Below, piece by piece: positions 1-7,773 of a stretch of 64,000 nt of DNA. This stretch comes from Candidatus Gastranaerophilales bacterium (GTDB lineage Bacteria; Cyanobacteriota; Vampirovibrionia; Gastranaerophilales; Gastranaerophilaceae). A model generated the notes under the pieces. The model made no database searches. It had not been told where the DNA came from and saw nothing but the letters and a program-made list of their open reading frames with translations. How positions within the stretch are numbered: position 1 is the stretch's first letter; each line of letters begins with the position of its first letter. The stretch is from the NCBI GenBank assembly GCA_944325705.1, contig CALVBB010000001.1, positions 67,223 through 131,222 on the forward strand. Direction: 5' to 3'. The translations under genes were made by a program, and so were the position numbers.

Positions 1-25
1 ATAGGCCCGGTAGTATTAATTTTTT

Positions 26-102
26 CAACACGCTCCCGCTATCGTTTCTAAAACAAAGTCTTTATTGTTGAGCCCTTCACTCCTTACTTTTCACTCTTCG
101 CC
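26..102 (+). repeat. Partial copy of the prepilin-locus upstream module: a GC-rich unit (caacacgctcccgctatcgtttctaaaac) followed by a degenerate TCAC heptad run (gttgagcccttcactccttacttttcactcttcgcc)
   Basis: Manual alignment to units at 22629-22668 and 22746-22785, and to the heptad run at 23075-23112 (TCAC every 7 nt). Confidence 0.6.
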
Positions 103-105
103 TTT

Positions 106-333
106 TCAAATATTCATATTCAAATTCAATAAGTCCTCCAGTTTTACCTCAAGAAATTCCGAGAGGTTTTTCATATACAGTAAGGTGGGATTGGTGAGCC
201 CCCGCTCAACTTTGCTGTAGTAACTTTTGTCTATATCAAGCTTATTTACAATATCGTCCTGTGAAATTCCCTTGAGAGACCGTATAACTTTGAGTTTAAG
301 CCCTACCTTTTTTAGAAATTCTTTGTTATCCAT
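106..333 (-). CDS. XRE-family helix-turn-helix transcriptional regulator (75 aa)
   Basis: ISQDDIVNKLDIDKSYYSKVERG fits the HTH_3/XRE pattern. Its ATG is back-to-back (12 nt) with a decayed prepilin stub. Confidence 0.8.
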   Translation of the reverse strand: MDNKEFLKKVGLKLKVIRSLKGISQDDIVNKLDIDKSYYSKVERGLTNPTLLYMKNLSEFLEVKLEDLLNLNMNI

Positions 334-345
334 AATTTCAATTTT

Positions 346-567
346 ATGGGGTTGACTTGAAGCTCCGGAAAGCGGGTATACTAATCATAACTCATTATTT
401 TCGGTCTGGATGTAAACGGATTAAAAGGGCCGAACAGGTGGGGTTATGATTTATTTTATCTTAATCTATACAGAGAAAACGCAAGAAAACCTGTCATCGG
501 TTTGACATTCGTATGCGAACTTATAGAAAAAGGCGGTCAGTCCGCGGAAGATATTTTGCTGAAATAA
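346..567 (+). pseudogene. Decayed prepilin-like gene, copy 1: a degenerate MG-FTL stub plus an intact-looking 55-codon C-terminal cassette (FGLDVNGLKGPNRWGYDLFYL...)
   Basis: The C-terminal frame 400-567 is closed upstream by TAA at 388-390 and has no ATG. The DVNGxKxPNxxGxDxF motif is shared with the prepilin at 61594-61845. It is about 92 percent identical to the inverted copy at 2993-3179. Confidence 0.6.
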
Positions 568-568
568 C

Positions 569-1387
569 TTAAAAATTCCGCAGCTGTAAATAATCATGCA
601 GTGCTGCCTGCCAGTTGCGGCAGAGGTTTTGGTTATTCATTACGCTGTATTCAGGACGTTTTGCAAGACGCGGGAATTCTTCCGTTTTACATGGCAGCAA
701 ATTTACATCAAGCCCGGTCTGAGCAAAAATTTCTTTTGCAAAACCATACCAGCTAACAGCACCGGTTCCGCAAATATGGTATATTCCGTAAGGTTTTGAT
801 AAAATCTTTAAAATTCCGTTTGCAAGTTCAACCGTCCACGTCGGGCAGCCTTTCTGGTCATCCACAACCATGATAGTTTCCTGCTTTGCAAGCGAAAGCA
901 TTGTTTCAACAAAATTCTTGCCGTAATGTCCGTAAAGCCAGCTTGTACGTGCAATATAGTATTTTTTACAGAATTTTTTAATGGCTTCCTCACCTGCAAG
1001 TTTTGTTTTTCCGTAAACATTCAGCGGTGCAGGGGTATCATCAGGAGTATAAGGTGTTCCTTTTTTGCCGTCAAACACGTAATCCGTTGAAATATACACA
1101 ACAGGAATTTCCAAACTGCCGCATGTTTTTGCGATATTTTCAGTTCCTTTTACATTTATAAGTTCTGCCTGCTCAGGCTCAGTTTCGGCTTTATCTACAT
1201 TAGTGTATGCGGCACAATGAATTACAATATCAGGATGAATGTCAGAAATTGCCCTATTAACTGCATCAACATCCGTAATATCCAGACTGTCGCGGTCTGT
1301 TTCTATAACAAAAGCTCCGGCATCTTCAAAAACAGGACATAAATCCTGCCCGAGCATTCCGTTTGCACCTGTCACCAGAACCTTCAT
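569..1387 (-). CDS. rmlD: dTDP-4-dehydrorhamnose reductase
   Basis: 272 aa. Has the GANGMLG Rossmann motif and the YTNVDKAE and YGKTK motifs. Overlaps rmlB by ATGA. Confidence 0.9.
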   Translation of the reverse strand: MKVLVTGANGMLGQDLCPVFEDAGAFVIETDRDSLDITDVDAVNRAISDIHPDIVIHCAAYTNVDKAETEPEQAELINVKGTENIAKTCGSLEIPVVYISTDYVFDGKKGTPYTPDDTPAPLNVYGKTKLAGEEAIKKFCKKYYIARTSWLYGHYGKNFVETMLSLAKQETIMVVDDQKGCPTWTVELANGILKILSKPYGIYHICGTGAVSWYGFAKEIFAQTGLDVNLLPCKTEEFPRLAKRPEYSVMNNQNLCRNWQAALHDYLQLRNF

Positions 1388-2370
1388 TGAAACAACCCTG
1401 TATTTTTTCTGTCAATTACTTTACTCAGCCATTTTCTGTTATTCATATACCAGTCAATCGTAAGTAAAATACCTTCTTCAAATGTAGTTGTCGGCTCCCA
1501 GCCGAGTTCGTTTCTAATTTTGTCATTACAAATCGCATAACGTCTGTCATGCCCAAGTCTGTCCTGAACATACTCTATACAGCTTTCATCCTTGTTCAGA
1601 GCATTAAGAATAAGTTTTGTAATTTCAAGATTAGTTTTTTCATTATGACCGCCGATATTGTAGATTTCGCCGGCTTTGCCTTTATGAAGAACAGTATCAA
1701 TCGCCGAGCAGTGATCAAAAACGTAAAGCCAGTCGCGCACATTCATCCCGTCGCCATATACAGGAACCTTCTGACCGCTCATGAGCTTTGCAATAAAGCT
1801 CGGAATTAGTTTTTCCGGATACTGATAAGGACCGTAGTTATTAGAGCAGCGCGTAATTACTGTCGGAAGCTTAAATGTTTCATGGTAAGCTCTTACAAGC
1901 AAATCCGCTCCGGCCTTTGACGCAGAATACGGGCTGTTAGGTGCAAGCGGGGATTCTTCCGTAAAATAGCCTTCCGCCCCGAGGCTTCCGTAAACCTCAT
2001 CGCTTGAAATCTGTACAAACTTTTCAATATTAAATTCTTTTGCTGCCTGCAAAAGGGAAAGAGTTCCTTTTACATTAGTTTCAATAAAGATTTCCGGACC
2101 TGTAATAGAGCGGTCAACATGGGTTTCCGCCGCAAAGTTCACAATTGTGTCAACACCTGAAACAACTTCGTACACCAAATCTTTATCACAAATATCCCCC
2201 TGAACAAATTCGTAATTAGGGTTGTCTTTTACATCGTAAAGGTTTTCGATATTTCCGGCATAAGTGAGTGCGTCATAGTTTAAAATTTTATAATCGGGAT
2301 GATGTTCAAGCATGTGTCTGATAAAACAGCTTCCGATAAATCCTGCGCCGCCAGTTACTAATATTTTCAT
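1384..2370 (-). CDS. rmlB: dTDP-glucose 4,6-dehydratase
   Basis: 328 aa. Has GGAGFIGS, YSASKAGADLL, and the typical RmlB length and context. Confidence 0.93.
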   Translation of the reverse strand: MKILVTGGAGFIGSCFIRHMLEHHPDYKILNYDALTYAGNIENLYDVKDNPNYEFVQGDICDKDLVYEVVSGVDTIVNFAAETHVDRSITGPEIFIETNVKGTLSLLQAAKEFNIEKFVQISSDEVYGSLGAEGYFTEESPLAPNSPYSASKAGADLLVRAYHETFKLPTVITRCSNNYGPYQYPEKLIPSFIAKLMSGQKVPVYGDGMNVRDWLYVFDHCSAIDTVLHKGKAGEIYNIGGHNEKTNLEITKLILNALNKDESCIEYVQDRLGHDRRYAICNDKIRNELGWEPTTTFEEGILLTIDWYMNNRKWLSKVIDRKNTGLFQ

Positions 2371-2924
2371 AAAAGCTCCTTTTTATTTATTTCCTTTAAT
2401 GTTGGTTGCACTTTATCCTTTTCGCTGAGAACCGGCTCAAAGTCAATTTCCCAGTTGATATTAATATCTTTATCATTCCATAAAACACCTCTATCAGCGT
2501 CTTTGTTGTATTCTCCGCCTGCTTTATAACAGAGTTCGGCTTCTTCTGAAAGAACAACAAATCCGTGGGCAAAACCTTCCGGTATAAAAAGCATATTTTT
2601 GTTTTCTTCTGAAAGTTCGACTTTAACGTATTGCCCGAAGGTTGCAGAATCCAGTCTTATGTCAACTGCAACATCGTAAATTCTGCCGCGGACACACCTT
2701 ACGAGTTTTGCCTGTCCGTAAGGTTTCGCCTGATAGTGAAGTCCTCTTAAAACGTGAGCCGAGGATTTTGAGTGGTTATCCTGATTAAATTCAACATCAA
2801 TTCCGTTTGCCACGAACTCTGATTTTTTATATGTTTCCATAAAAAATCCGCGATTGTCGCCAAAAACTTTCGGTTTTACAAGGATTACATCCGGAATAGA
2901 TTGTCTTTCAAATTCAAACGGCAT
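2367..2924 (-). CDS. rmlC: dTDP-4-dehydrorhamnose 3,5-epimerase
   Basis: 185 aa. Cupin with the RGLHYQ and GFAHGF motifs. Overlaps rmlB by 4 nt. Confidence 0.92.
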   Translation of the reverse strand: MPFEFERQSIPDVILVKPKVFGDNRGFFMETYKKSEFVANGIDVEFNQDNHSKSSAHVLRGLHYQAKPYGQAKLVRCVRGRIYDVAVDIRLDSATFGQYVKVELSEENKNMLFIPEGFAHGFVVLSEEAELCYKAGGEYNKDADRGVLWNDKDININWEIDFEPVLSEKDKVQPTLKEINKKELL

Positions 2925-2947
2925 ACAGGCTCCTTAATTCTGAAAAC

Positions 2948-2977
2948 ATTATAGCATAAAACCTGTAACATGGTTAA
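2948..2977 (-). promoter_or_regulatory. Candidate sigma70-type promoter of rmlC-rmlB-rmlD
   Basis: Minus strand reads TTAACC-N18-TATAAT, followed by an AAGGAG RBS 5 nt before the rmlC ATG. Confidence 0.4.
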
Positions 2978-2992
2978 TTTTTGTAAGATTAT

Positions 2993-3266
2993 TTATTTCA
3001 GTAAAATATCTTCCGCGGACTGACCGCCCTTTTCTGTAAGTTCGCATATGAATGTCAAACCGATAACAGGTTTTCTTTCATTTTCTCTGTATAGATTAAG
3101 ATAAAACAAATCATACCCCCACCTGTTAGGCCCTTTTATACCGTTAACATCCAGACCGAAAAATAATGAGTTATGATTATAATAATACTTCTGCAAGTGT
3201 AAATGCAATTTTACAGCTATCTTCTCTCAATAAAAATTCTCCAGTTGTAAATCCTCTTTTAATCAT
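2993..3266 (-). pseudogene. Decayed prepilin-like gene, copy 2: a 29-codon N-terminal stub (MIKRGFTTGEFLLREDSCKIAFTLAEVLL*, 3177-3266) and an out-of-frame C-terminal cassette (2993-3208)
   Basis: The stub has a GGAGA RBS and the FTLAEV prepilin motif but stops where the hydrophobic helix should begin. The C-terminal frame has only a TTG start, which lies inside the stub codons. This is the inverted repeat partner of 382-567. Confidence 0.6.
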
Positions 3267-3279
3267 ATATATCTCCATA

Positions 3280-3459
3280 ATGTAAAGTTGGAATAAAGTT
3301 AAGTGGTATCAGCTGGCAGAATCAACGGATTTAAGCACCGCAACAATATCAAAGCTTATGAAGGGTGAGAATATTGATGTAAAGCTCAGTACAATAAATA
3401 AGCTATGTAATTATTTAAAATGTGATTTAAAAGACATACTGGAATATACACCGGATTAG
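3280..3459 (+). pseudogene. XRE/Cro-like HTH gene with a stop at codon 2 (ATG TAA, then SWNKVKWYQLAESTDLSTATISKLMKGENIDVKLSTINKLCNYLKCDLKDILEYTPD)
   Basis: The frame is otherwise open for 57 codons and shows the small HTH regulator pattern (LAExTxLSxxTISKLxxG...L..L). No alternative in-frame start is visible. Confidence 0.45.
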
Positions 3460-4250
3460 AGCCTTATCCAGCTGTCAAGCAGGAGATTATCTGATTGCGG
3501 GGAATCCTTAAACCAGTGTTCGGGGCAGACAACAATTTTGTCAGGGTTTTCATTCAGCCAGGCGGCCCACCAGGAAAATGTTGAGTTAGGAATAATATTA
3601 TGCTTGCAATTTTTCATTAGAAATAAATCTTTATAGCAGTCATTACCGGTGTTAAAGTCAACATAGTCATATGGAAAATTAATTTCTGTAAAATTCTTTT
3701 TTACATAATCCATATCATCAGAAAAGAAGAAGAAACATGGATTTTTAATTTTTTCGGTAATATATTTTATAGCCCTTTTGTAGTATTCCAAATCTGTATC
3801 AATATTTAAATCAACATAATCAGTTCTTCTGATGTGGACAGAAACGGATGTTGTTGAGTTTATTTTATTAAGCATATCAGTATTAGTTTTATCCAGCCTT
3901 TTCTTTGGCGTAAATTCTTTTAGAAGGTCATTTCTATACTGTTTAAAATATTTTTCATTCTGGAAATATCCTTCGTAAACAATGTTTTCAGCAGCCGGAA
4001 GCTTTAGCAGTTCCGGAGTAAAAACCCACTGTTGAGATTCTTTTATAAGAGTGAAATTTTTTACGGATGGTGTAAACGGATGAAAAAACTTATTGTAGAT
4101 TTTTACATTGCAGTTGAATTTATTTAAAACAAGAAACCTAATATTCTTTTTGGAGAGGTCACAGAACTGAACATCATCCCCGAAATTTTTAGCAAAAGCG
4201 TATTCAAACATCTGGTTGCCAAGCCCGCCTAAAAGTTTTACCAGTAGCAT
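3456..4250 (-). CDS. Glycosyltransferase family 11 (alpha-1,2-fucosyltransferase-like)
   Basis: 264 aa. Has GGLGNQMFEYAFA near the N-terminus, plus HIRRTDY and NSTFSWWAAWL, which are GT11 hallmarks. Confidence 0.85.
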   Translation of the reverse strand: MLLVKLLGGLGNQMFEYAFAKNFGDDVQFCDLSKKNIRFLVLNKFNCNVKIYNKFFHPFTPSVKNFTLIKESQQWVFTPELLKLPAAENIVYEGYFQNEKYFKQYRNDLLKEFTPKKRLDKTNTDMLNKINSTTSVSVHIRRTDYVDLNIDTDLEYYKRAIKYITEKIKNPCFFFFSDDMDYVKKNFTEINFPYDYVDFNTGNDCYKDLFLMKNCKHNIIPNSTFSWWAAWLNENPDKIVVCPEHWFKDSPQSDNLLLDSWIRL

Positions 4251-4316
4251 CAGTTTTTCCTCCAGCGGGAAATTGATGCTGAAATGCAGTAATAGCGGTT
4301 ATTTAGGCTGTTTGAG

Positions 4317-4327
4317 CCCCCCCCCCC
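4317..4327. repeat. Homopolymeric C11 tract in the divergent futC-like / rmlA intergenic region
   Basis: Counted directly: 4 C at 4317-4320 plus 7 C at 4321-4327. Confidence 0.95.
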
Positions 4328-4401
4328 TCTCCGGTTTTAAAGCTATAATTATGTTTTGCATGCGCTTGTTTTCTCCCTTCTTTTTAAAACTTATCACCCA
4401 T

Positions 4402-4430
4402 TTGAAAATATTTCAAGAACCTGCTATAAT
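4402..4430 (+). promoter_or_regulatory. Candidate sigma70-type promoter of rmlA
   Basis: TTGAAA-N17-TATAAT, 33 nt upstream of the rmlA ATG. Confidence 0.6.
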
Positions 4431-4462
4431 AGTGCCGGAAACAGAATTAACGAGGAAGCAGG

Positions 4463-5338
4463 ATGAAAGGCATTATATTAGCGGGCGGAACAGGTTCAAG
4501 GCTTTATCCGGAAACGATTGCGGTATCCAAGCAGCTTCTGCCTGTTTTTGACAAGCCTATGATTTACCATCCGGTTTCAGTGCTTATGCTTGCCGGTATA
4601 AGAGAAATTCTTGTAATCTCGACGCCTGCAGATTTACCAGCTTTTGAGAGGCTTCTTGGGAGCGGTGAACAATTCGGGGTAAAATTTTCCTATAAAGTTC
4701 AGGAACGGCCGGAAGGGCTGGCGCAGGCTTTTATTATCGGAGAAGATTTTATTGCAGGTAATGATGCAGCGCTTGTTCTCGGGGATAATATTTTTTACGG
4801 TCCCGGATTTTCAGGGAATCTTAAAAAAGTTGTTAGACGTACCGGTCAACAAGGCGGGGCATCAATTTTTGCCTATCAGGTAAAAGATCCGCAGCGGTTC
4901 GGTGTTGTTGAGTTTGATGAAAATAAAAAGGCTGTTTCTATTGAAGAAAAACCCGCTGTGCCAAAGTCAAATTATGCAGTCACAGGGCTTTACTTTTATG
5001 ATAAAAATGTAGTTGAATATGCAAAATCTCTGAAGCCTTCTGCAAGGGGAGAGCTTGAAATAACCGATTTGAACAATATTTATCTTGCACAGGGAAAGTT
5101 GAATGTAGAAATTTTAGGGCGCGGGTTTGCATGGCTCGACACAGGAACTCCGAAATCGCTACTGCAGGCTTCCCAGTATGTGAACACCATTGAAGAAAAT
5201 CAGGGGATTAAAATTGCATGTCTTGAAGAGGTCGCCTACAGAATGGGATTCGTTGACAAAAATGATTTGATTAAACGTGTTTCAAAATATAAAAATAATG
5301 ACTATTATGATTATGTTCTTAAAATTTTAAATAAATAA
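4463..5338 (+). CDS. rmlA: Glucose-1-phosphate thymidylyltransferase
   Basis: 291 aa. Has the [17 protein letters not shown]-terminus and the typical RmlA length. Confidence 0.93.
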   Translation: MKGIILAGGTGSRLYPETIAVSKQLLPVFDKPMIYHPVSVLMLAGIREILVISTPADLPAFERLLGSGEQFGVKFSYKVQERPEGLAQAFIIGEDFIAGNDAALVLGDNIFYGPGFSGNLKKVVRRTGQQGGASIFAYQVKDPQRFGVVEFDENKKAVSIEEKPAVPKSNYAVTGLYFYDKNVVEYAKSLKPSARGELEITDLNNIYLAQGKLNVEILGRGFAWLDTGTPKSLLQASQYVNTIEENQGIKIACLEEVAYRMGFVDKNDLIKRVSKYKNNDYYDYVLKILNK

Positions 5339-5370
5339 ACTGTTTTTTTATTTTTTGCTATAATTTTTGT

Positions 5371-6513
5371 ATGGACAGAGAAAAATTTATTGAAGCAAAG
5401 CGTATTGTTATAAAGTTTGGTACAAATATTCTGAGAGGCGATGACGGAACTGTATCACTGCCGCGTGTATTTTCGTTTATAGAAGATATTTCGCATCTTG
5501 TGAAATCCGGTAAAGAGGTGATTGTCGTAACCTCGGGTGCTGTCGGACTCGGCAGAAAACGTTTGCGGCTTGAGGGGACGGAAGGAACTGCGCTTAAGCA
5601 GGCATGTGCTGCTATCGGACAGGGTAAACTTATGTCTATTTATGAGGGCGGATTTGATGCTTACGGACTGATTGCTGCGCAAATTCTGTTGACAGAGGAT
5701 GATTTCGGTATCAGAACAAGGTATTTGAGCCTCAGAACAACCTTAAACAAGCTTCTGGAACTTGGAACTGTACCTATCATCAACCAGAATGATACGGTTT
5801 CTACAATAGAAGTGTCGCCGTCAGCTGCACAGATGCAGGTTTGTTTTACTGATAACGACAAACTTTCTGCCCTTGTTGCAAGCGAGCTTGATGCGGATTT
5901 GCTTATAATACTGTCTGATGTTGACGGACTTTATGATTCCAATCCGAAAGAAAATCCTGACGCAAAAATTATTAAAGAAGTTGATGAAGTAACGGATGAA
6001 ATTTGTGCACTCGGAACAGATGCTTCTGACGGCGGACGCGGCGGAATGCGTACCAAGCTAAAGGCTGCCCGTCTGGTAACCCGTTTCGGCGGGAAGGTTT
6101 TGATTGCCAATGGAAAAATTCCTTATGTAATCAAAAAAATCTTTAACGGTGAGGAATTAGGCACAATGTTTCTTCCGCAAACCGAGGGGCTTTCTGATAA
6201 AAAGCGCTGGATCGGATACGCCACAAATATTATCGGTAAACTCGTCGTGAATAACGGCGCTAAAAAAGCACTTGTCGAAAAAACCAAAAGCCTTCTGCCG
6301 ATTGGTGTTGTGGATGTCGTTAATACTTTCAGCAAAGGAGATGTTGTCTCAATTGTCGATGAGAACGATAATGAATTTGCCCGCGGAATTGTGAATTATG
6401 ACTCCGAATCCTGCAAAAAGGTTATGGGCTGCCACTCCAAAGATATTATTAATATTTTGAACTTCAAAAACTACGATGCAATCATAACCCGTGATAATAT
6501 AACTATTCTTTAA
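5371..6513 (+). CDS. proB: Glutamate 5-kinase with a C-terminal PUA domain
   Basis: 380 aa. Amino-acid kinase fold motifs (VVKFGT, VTSGAVG, NDTVS), followed by proA. Confidence 0.9.
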   Translation: MDREKFIEAKRIVIKFGTNILRGDDGTVSLPRVFSFIEDISHLVKSGKEVIVVTSGAVGLGRKRLRLEGTEGTALKQACAAIGQGKLMSIYEGGFDAYGLIAAQILLTEDDFGIRTRYLSLRTTLNKLLELGTVPIINQNDTVSTIEVSPSAAQMQVCFTDNDKLSALVASELDADLLIILSDVDGLYDSNPKENPDAKIIKEVDEVTDEICALGTDASDGGRGGMRTKLKAARLVTRFGGKVLIANGKIPYVIKKIFNGEELGTMFLPQTEGLSDKKRWIGYATNIIGKLVVNNGAKKALVEKTKSLLPIGVVDVVNTFSKGDVVSIVDENDNEFARGIVNYDSESCKKVMGCHSKDIINILNFKNYDAIITRDNITIL

Positions 6514-6522
6514 GGAGAGATT

Positions 6523-7773
6523 ATGGATTTTGTAAACATTGCAAAAAATGCTAAAGAAGCGTCTTTGAAAATTGCCGATTTGCCGGAACAGGTTAAAAAT
6601 GAAGCTTTGTTAAAAATAGCTGATGCTATTGAAGCTGAAAAAGATGAAATTTTCAGCGCAAATTCAAAAGATCTGGCAGAGGCAGAAAAACTTGTTGCCT
6701 TAGGTGAGATTACAAAATCTGTATTTAATCGTCTTAAACTTGATGAGAACAAAATGCGAGATATGATTAAAGGTATCAGAGATATTGCAGCATTACCGGA
6801 TCCTGTAAACAGAAAGCTTTTAGTGCGGGAACTTGATGAGGGGCTTACGCTTTATAAAGTTTCATGTCCTATCGGGGTTCTCGGGATAATTTTTGAGGCA
6901 AGACCGGATGTTATTGCACAAATTTCTTCTCTTGCTATAAAATCAGCGAATGCCGTAATTCTTAAAGGCGGAAAAGAATCAATCAATACAAATAAAAAGA
7001 TTCTCAGGGTCATAAATTCTGCGCTGGCATTGGTGAAAGGATTCCCGGAAAATGTTATACAGCAGGTGTTTACCCGTGAGGATGTTGCGGAAATGTTAAA
7101 GTGCGACAAATATATAAATCTTATTATCCCGCGCGGCGGCAATAAGCTTGTAAAATTTATCAAAGAAAATACAAAAATACCTGTTCTAGGGCACGCTGAC
7201 GGTATCTGTCATATTTTTGTGGATGAAAGTGCTGATTTAAAAATGGCAGAAAAAATTATTGTTGATGCAAAAACACAGTATCCGAGCGCCTGCAATTCCG
7301 TTGAAACCCTTTTAATCCATGAAAAATTCCCTTACAGGGATGAACTTCTTGCCTCTTTGCAGCTTTCGGAAATTAAACTTATAGATAAGCCGGAAAGCTG
7401 GGCGTTTGAGTACGGCGACAAAATCCTTGCTTTCAAAACAGTTAAAAGTATTGACGAGGCTATAGAACACATAAACACTTACGGTTCGGGGCATACTGAC
7501 TGCATAATTACCGGAAGCGTTGAAAATGCAGAAAAGTTTATGAATAAAGTTGATTCCGCGGGCGTTTACAGGAATGTGTCAACAAGATTTGCGGACGGGT
7601 TCCGCTATGGCTTCGGCGCCGAGGTAGGAATTTCAACAAACAAAACACACGCAAGGGGGCCGGTAGGGCTTGATGGTTTGACCATATACAAGTATAAGCT
7701 TATTGGAAACGGACAGATTGTAAAGGATTACGCGGACGGCACAAAGCAGTTCCATCATAGAGATATTATCTAA
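6523..7773 (+). CDS. proA: Glutamate-5-semialdehyde dehydrogenase
   Basis: 416 aa. ALDH-like, with the PSACNSVETLL catalytic Cys region. Lies 9 nt after proB. Confidence 0.9.
   Translation: MDFVNIAKNAKEASLKIADLPEQVKNEALLKIADAIEAEKDEIFSANSKDLAEAEKLVALGEITKSVFNRLKLDENKMRDMIKGIRDIAALPDPVNRKLLVRELDEGLTLYKVSCPIGVLGIIFEARPDVIAQISSLAIKSANAVILKGGKESINTNKKILRVINSALALVKGFPENVIQQVFTREDVAEMLKCDKYINLIIPRGGNKLVKFIKENTKIPVLGHADGICHIFVDESADLKMAEKIIVDAKTQYPSACNSVETLLIHEKFPYRDELLASLQLSEIKLIDKPESWAFEYGDKILAFKTVKSIDEAIEHINTYGSGHTDCIITGSVENAEKFMNKVDSAGVYRNVSTRFADGFRYGFGAEVGISTNKTHARGPVGLDGLTIYKYKLIGNGQIVKDYADGTKQFHHRDII

Noticed and set aside
352-382. Promoter-like hexamers inside the prepilin remnants: TTGACT-N19-TATACT at 352-382, and on the minus strand TTTACA-N16-TATAAT at 3176-3203
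   Set aside because: Both coincide with the decayed FTLAEV-coding codons of the remnants (ttt aca ctt gca gaa gta tta ...), so the matches are most simply leftovers of coding sequence. Fortuitous promoter activity cannot be excluded, but I do not annotate them.
596-2000. Numerous 60-110-aa ORFs antisense to or overlapping strong genes throughout the track, for example 596-799, 808-1020, 1239-1463 and 1549-1809, with similar cases in every long gene
   Set aside because: They lie inside genes with clear family signatures, lack RBSs, and have the skewed composition expected of antisense frames.
4216-4551. A 111-aa plus-strand ORF spanning the C11 tract and overlapping the rmlA start
   Set aside because: It has low-complexity translation (SPPPLS from the C run) and no RBS. 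It overlaps two well-supported genes and their promoters.
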